Positions 60,118-64,000 of a DNA stretch of 64,000 nucleotides are shown one piece after another; the stretch's first letter is position 1, and each line of letters starts with the position of its first letter. Below the pieces are notes generated by a model, which saw only the letters and a list, made by a program, of their open reading frames with translations, was not told the origin of the DNA and made no database searches. Source of the stretch: Nitrosopumilus sp. (GTDB taxonomy: Archaea > Thermoproteota > Nitrososphaeria > Nitrososphaerales > Nitrosopumilaceae); contig CBDBGZ010000009.1 in NCBI GenBank assembly GCA_965205425.1, forward strand, positions 480,001 to 544,000. The letters run 5' to 3'. The position numbers and the translations under genes were made by a program.

Positions 60118-61548
60118 CTACATTAAAGAAACATCATGAGGCTGACTTTCTGCAAATCCAGCTCGTGACATTTTGATAAATTCTGCATTTTCTTGCATTT
60201 GTGGAATTGTATGAGCACCACAATAACTCAAGCCAGAACGTACACCACCAGTAAGTTGTTTTAGAATATCAGTTACAGTACCTTTGTAAGGAACCATTGC
60301 TTCAACTCCTTCTGCAACATAATCATTAAGGTCATCATCAAGAGACATCGAGCCAGTTTCTTTAGATTTTCTTCCAATTGAAGCAGCAAGTGATGCCATT
60401 CCACGATATACTTTGAATCGTTTTCCATTTTTAGTCAAAACAGTACCTGGAGATTCATCAGTTCCTCCAAGCATGCTGCCTACCATTACAGTAGAAGCAC
60501 CAGATGCTAATGCTTTGGTTGCATCACCAGAAGTTCTAGTCCCACCATCTGAAATAATTGGAATACCATGATCCTTTCCAACTTTTGCACAGTCCATTAC
60601 TGCAGTTAATTGAGGAACACCAGAACCAGTAATTACTCTAGTAATACAAATTGAACCTGAACCTACACCCACCTTTACTGCATCAACTCCTGCTTTAATC
60701 AAATCTTCTGCTCCTTGAGCAGTCGCAATATTTCCTGCAATTAATTCACAATCTGGAAATGCTTTTTTGATATTACGAACTGTGCTAATTGCATTTTCAC
60801 TATGTCCATGAGCTATGTCAACTACTAGTACATCGACACCTGCTTCCAAAAGAGATTCACTTCTTTCTAAAAAGTCACCTTTTACTCCAACTGCTGCACC
60901 AACTAATGGTCTACCTTTCCCATCTTTTGATGCATTTGGAAAATCAGCATTGTTTGTAATATCCTTACTTGTGATCAGACCTTTTACAATTCCTGAATCA
61001 TCAACAATTGGTAATTTTTCAATTCTATGTTTATGTAAAATTTCTTTAGATTCATCCAAAGTAACTCCAAGTTTTGCAGTTACAACGTCTTTAGTCATTA
61101 CATCCTGAATTTTGTTTGATCTATTTGCAAACAATAAATCTCTCTCAGTTACAATACCAATTAATTTCGAGTTTGAATCTACAACCAATAATCCTGAAAT
61201 TTCTTTATCCTCTGCATAGTCAAGTGCTTCTTCAATAGATTTGTCTTGGGATATTGAATAGGGGTTTTCAATCATTACACTGCCTGAACGTTTTACTTTG
61301 AGAACTTCATTTGCTTGTTCTGAAATAGTCAAAAATCTGTGAATTATTCCTATGCCTCCTGCACGTGCCATTGCACCTGCCATGGAAGATTCAGTCACAG
61401 TATCCATGTTTGCACTAACAAAAGGAATGTTAATTGAAAGATTTCTAGATAATTTTGTCGTTAGATCTGTCTGACTTCTACTAGTAATATCTGAATATTT
61501 GGGTAAGAGAAGAACGTCGTCAAAAGTTAATCCTTCTTTGAATTCCAA
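60118..61548 (-). CDS. guaB: IMP dehydrogenase
   Basis: [11 protein letters not shown] pair, [17 protein letters not shown]. Confidence 0.96.
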   Translation of the reverse strand: MEFKEGLTFDDVLLLPKYSDITSRSQTDLTTKLSRNLSINIPFVSANMDTVTESSMAGAMARAGGIGIIHRFLTISEQANEVLKVKRSGSVMIENPYSISQDKSIEEALDYAEDKEISGLLVVDSNSKLIGIVTERDLLFANRSNKIQDVMTKDVVTAKLGVTLDESKEILHKHRIEKLPIVDDSGIVKGLITSKDITNNADFPNASKDGKGRPLVGAAVGVKGDFLERSESLLEAGVDVLVVDIAHGHSENAISTVRNIKKAFPDCELIAGNIATAQGAEDLIKAGVDAVKVGVGSGSICITRVITGSGVPQLTAVMDCAKVGKDHGIPIISDGGTRTSGDATKALASGASTVMVGSMLGGTDESPGTVLTKNGKRFKVYRGMASLAASIGRKSKETGSMSLDDDLNDYVAEGVEAMVPYKGTVTDILKQLTGGVRSGLSYCGAHTIPQMQENAEFIKMSRAGFAESQPHDVSLM

Positions 61549-61578
61549 TGAAACCTTGTTAAGAAAGTAAAATATTGA

Positions 61579-62457
61579 TTATAAGCCTTTGTGTTGCTTG
61601 GAGATATGTGAGGCGATCGTTATAGCGTCTTTAGTTGCACCTACATTATGCGTGCGAATAATATCAGCTCCATTCATGACAGAAACAGTTTCTGCTGCAA
61701 TTGAACCAAATAATCGATCAGAAGGATTGTCTTTTCCTAAAATTTTTCCTATGAATGACTTGTTAGAAACTGAGATCAGAATGGGGTGATTCTGTTTTAT
61801 GGTATTTAGATTTTTTATAATTAAAAGATCTCTGTCTAACCAATCAGATTTAATTTTTGTATAAAAAGATCCTTTACCAGTTTTTCTAAAAAACCCAATA
61901 GCAGGATCTAAGACAATTTTTTCAAGAGGAATATGTGATTTTTTTGCAATCATTAAGCTCTCTCTAAGTAGTTTTTTAGTTACAGTGATGGGATTTCCCA
62001 CAGATGTCTTTGAGTCAAATGCACATAAAATTAGTGAAGGAGTAAATTTTGAAATAACTTCTTGCATTTTTTTGTCATATTTTAGTCCAGAAATATCATT
62101 GATTATTTCAACTCCATTCTCTAAAGCATCTTTAGCAACACTTGCTCTACAAGTATCAACAGATATTGGAAGATTTGTAAAATTTTGAATTACTTTTATT
62201 GCATTTAGAATTCTTTTTGACTCTGTTTTTTCTGAAATAGTTGTAGACAGATATGGAGCAGTAGACATTCCTCCGACATCAATAAAATCTACCCCTTGAT
62301 TTTCCATTTGTTTTACGGCATTTTTTATTAACGTTTTACTGGTATTGACAGACTTTTTGTAAAATGATTCAGGACTAGTATTTAAAATCCCCATAATACG
62401 CACAGGGTTTTTTCCACCCACACCTATGTTTGCAATTTTTGCCACATGGTTTATCAA
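61579..62457 (-). CDS. folP: Dihydropteroate synthase
   Basis: MGILNTSPESF, DVGGMST, SVDT, INDISG, LDPAIGF, SNKSF, RTHNV. Confidence 0.9.
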   Translation of the reverse strand: MINHVAKIANIGVGGKNPVRIMGILNTSPESFYKKSVNTSKTLIKNAVKQMENQGVDFIDVGGMSTAPYLSTTISEKTESKRILNAIKVIQNFTNLPISVDTCRASVAKDALENGVEIINDISGLKYDKKMQEVISKFTPSLILCAFDSKTSVGNPITVTKKLLRESLMIAKKSHIPLEKIVLDPAIGFFRKTGKGSFYTKIKSDWLDRDLLIIKNLNTIKQNHPILISVSNKSFIGKILGKDNPSDRLFGSIAAETVSVMNGADIIRTHNVGATKDAITIASHISKQHKGL

Positions 62458-62469
62458 ATCTAATACAAT

Positions 62470-63216
62470 TTGAGTGATATGATGATTCTAGGTTGGAAAA
62501 AGCAATACATTAAGATTTTAAAAGAATTCGATTATGATGAAAAAAAGGATAAAGAATCAACTATTATTTTAGATTCTATTTTAAAAAAAACGGATATCAA
62601 TAAAAAAATCATTGAGTTAGTAAAAAATGAAACAGTTTTCATAATTGGTTCAGGACCATCTTTATCATCAGCCATTCCAATATTAAAAAAATATAAAAAA
62701 AATGTAAAAATTGTTGCAGATAGTTCAGTTAAACCACTTGTAGAAAATGGGATAATTCCAGATATTGTGGTTACGGATTTAGATGGAGACGAAAGAGTAT
62801 TGGAAAAAATTGGAAAAACAAATTCAATTTTTGTTGTACATGCACATGGAGACAATATAAAAAAATTAGAGTTTACAAAAAAATTTAAAAATTGTATTGG
62901 AACCACTCAAACATCACCACAAGGTAAAATTGAAAATTTTGGAGGATTTACAGATGGAGACAGAGGAGTTTTTCTAGCAGAACATTTTCAGGCAAAAAAA
63001 ATTATTTTATTTGGAATGGATTTTGGCAAACGAATAGGAAAATTTTCAGAAACCAAAAAATCAGACAGAAAAATAAAATTGATGAAATTAGAAAAAGGCG
63101 AATCTCTTTTGAAATGGCTATCCACCTTTACAAAATCTGAATTGTTTACGACATCAAAATCAATTGAAGGATTTAAAAAAATATCATACAATGAACTGGA
63201 TATTATAATTACCTAG
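62470..63216 (+). CDS. mptE: 6-hydroxymethyl-7,8-dihydropterin pyrophosphokinase (MptE-like)
   Basis: IGSGPSL, VVTDLDG, HAHGDN, GGFTDGDR, GMDF. Confidence 0.88.
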   Translation: MSDMMILGWKKQYIKILKEFDYDEKKDKESTIILDSILKKTDINKKIIELVKNETVFIIGSGPSLSSAIPILKKYKKNVKIVADSSVKPLVENGIIPDIVVTDLDGDERVLEKIGKTNSIFVVHAHGDNIKKLEFTKKFKNCIGTTQTSPQGKIENFGGFTDGDRGVFLAEHFQAKKIILFGMDFGKRIGKFSETKKSDRKIKLMKLEKGESLLKWLSTFTKSELFTTSKSIEGFKKISYNELDIIIT

Positions 63217-63251
63217 AATGCATTTAATACCCATTCCTCATTAATCAAATC

Positions 63252-63821
63252 ATGAAATTCTCAGAGGAACAAGTAAAGGAAATTGTTGCTTTGAAGGAAA
63301 GTTTGATCGAGCAGATCGATAAGCACCAAGATGGAATTGAAATGCTAGAAAAAAATATCACTGTTTTAGACTTGTTCTTAAAAGACTCAAGTTTTACAAA
63401 AGCTTCTCAACTAGAACCAAGAAAACAGACAGAAACAAAGCCAAAAGTAACCGAAAAACCTGTAGAAAATTCAATTCCAATTAAAAGAAGCAATGATGGT
63501 AAAATTATTGCTAATGCATTTGTTACACCAGAACAAGTTTCCATAGTTTTAGATAATGAAATTATAATTAATGCAGACACTCCACCTTTCAAATCATTCT
63601 TTTTAGATAGAATAATAGGAGAAATGAAAAAGAAAGATGTCGTAGAAGCAGAAAATGGAAAAATCCAAAAAGAATCAGTTATTGATTACATTGTTAATAA
63701 AAATGGAACAGACATTAGAGAAATAATAATTAAAAATTATAGACAAAAGGAAAGAGTAAACGAGTTAATTAATACAGCAGGATGGTCATTGACTCGAATG
63801 CTTGAAAATGTAAACAAGTGA
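63252..63821 (+). CDS. Hypothetical protein with an N-terminal coiled coil
   Basis: 189-aa ORF directly upstream of guaA. Confidence 0.75.
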   Translation: MKFSEEQVKEIVALKESLIEQIDKHQDGIEMLEKNITVLDLFLKDSSFTKASQLEPRKQTETKPKVTEKPVENSIPIKRSNDGKIIANAFVTPEQVSIVLDNEIIINADTPPFKSFFLDRIIGEMKKKDVVEAENGKIQKESVIDYIVNKNGTDIREIIIKNYRQKERVNELINTAGWSLTRMLENVNK

Positions 63822-63825
63822 TTGT

Positions 63826-64000
63826 ATGGATAAGATAGTAGTTTTAGATTTTGGGTCACAGTACAGTCATTTGATTTGTAGACGAATTAGAGAATTTTCG
63901 GTATATGCAGAACTTGTTCCTTATGATATTAGTTATGAAGAATTAGAAAAATTAAAACCCACAGGGATTATTTTTTCAGGAGGTCCATCAAGTGTTTATA
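63826..64000 (+). CDS. guaA: GMP synthase (5' part; runs off window end)
   Basis: Manual translation [23 protein letters not shown]...[11 protein letters not shown]. Confidence 0.92.
   Translation, partial: MDKIVVLDFGSQYSHLICRRIREFSVYAELVPYDISYEELEKLKPTGIIFSGGPSSVY

Overview
A 64 kb AT-rich chromosomal segment from an ammonia-oxidising thaumarchaeon (Nitrosopumilus-like, inferred from gene content and order). Core content: tRNA-modification genes (dus, taw1/tyw1, KEOPS kae1 and bud32, tgtA, tiaS), a complex III cluster (Rieske, cytochrome b, cupredoxin), an S-layer gene followed by a putative anchor and a subtilase, a ThiS-ThiF fusion with a thrC-like gene, a his operon, class II HMG-CoA reductase, dph2, csl4, pheA, guaB, folP/mptE, the start of guaA, and three tRNAs (Asp, Arg, iMet). 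Accessory content: four IS-type elements (IS5-like, IS110, a truncated IS903-like copy inside a 1.36 kb insertion bounded by 12-bp direct repeats, and IS481 with a 13-bp target duplication) and three tandem secreted TSP3-repeat proteins. Most interesting: (1) an archaeal IS110 whose target and donor junctions can be rebuilt from the sequence (4-bp CATA core, palindromic target, two structured ~100-nt non-coding ends, candidate bridge/seek RNA); (2) a HemA paralogue lacking its catalytic Cys, paired with an Ala/Glu-rich protein; (3) TSP3 proteins built from 5-unit versus 6-unit super-repeats with signs of gene conversion; (4) candidate operators and a candidate ncRNA. All calls come from reading motifs by eye; no database search or folding program was run.
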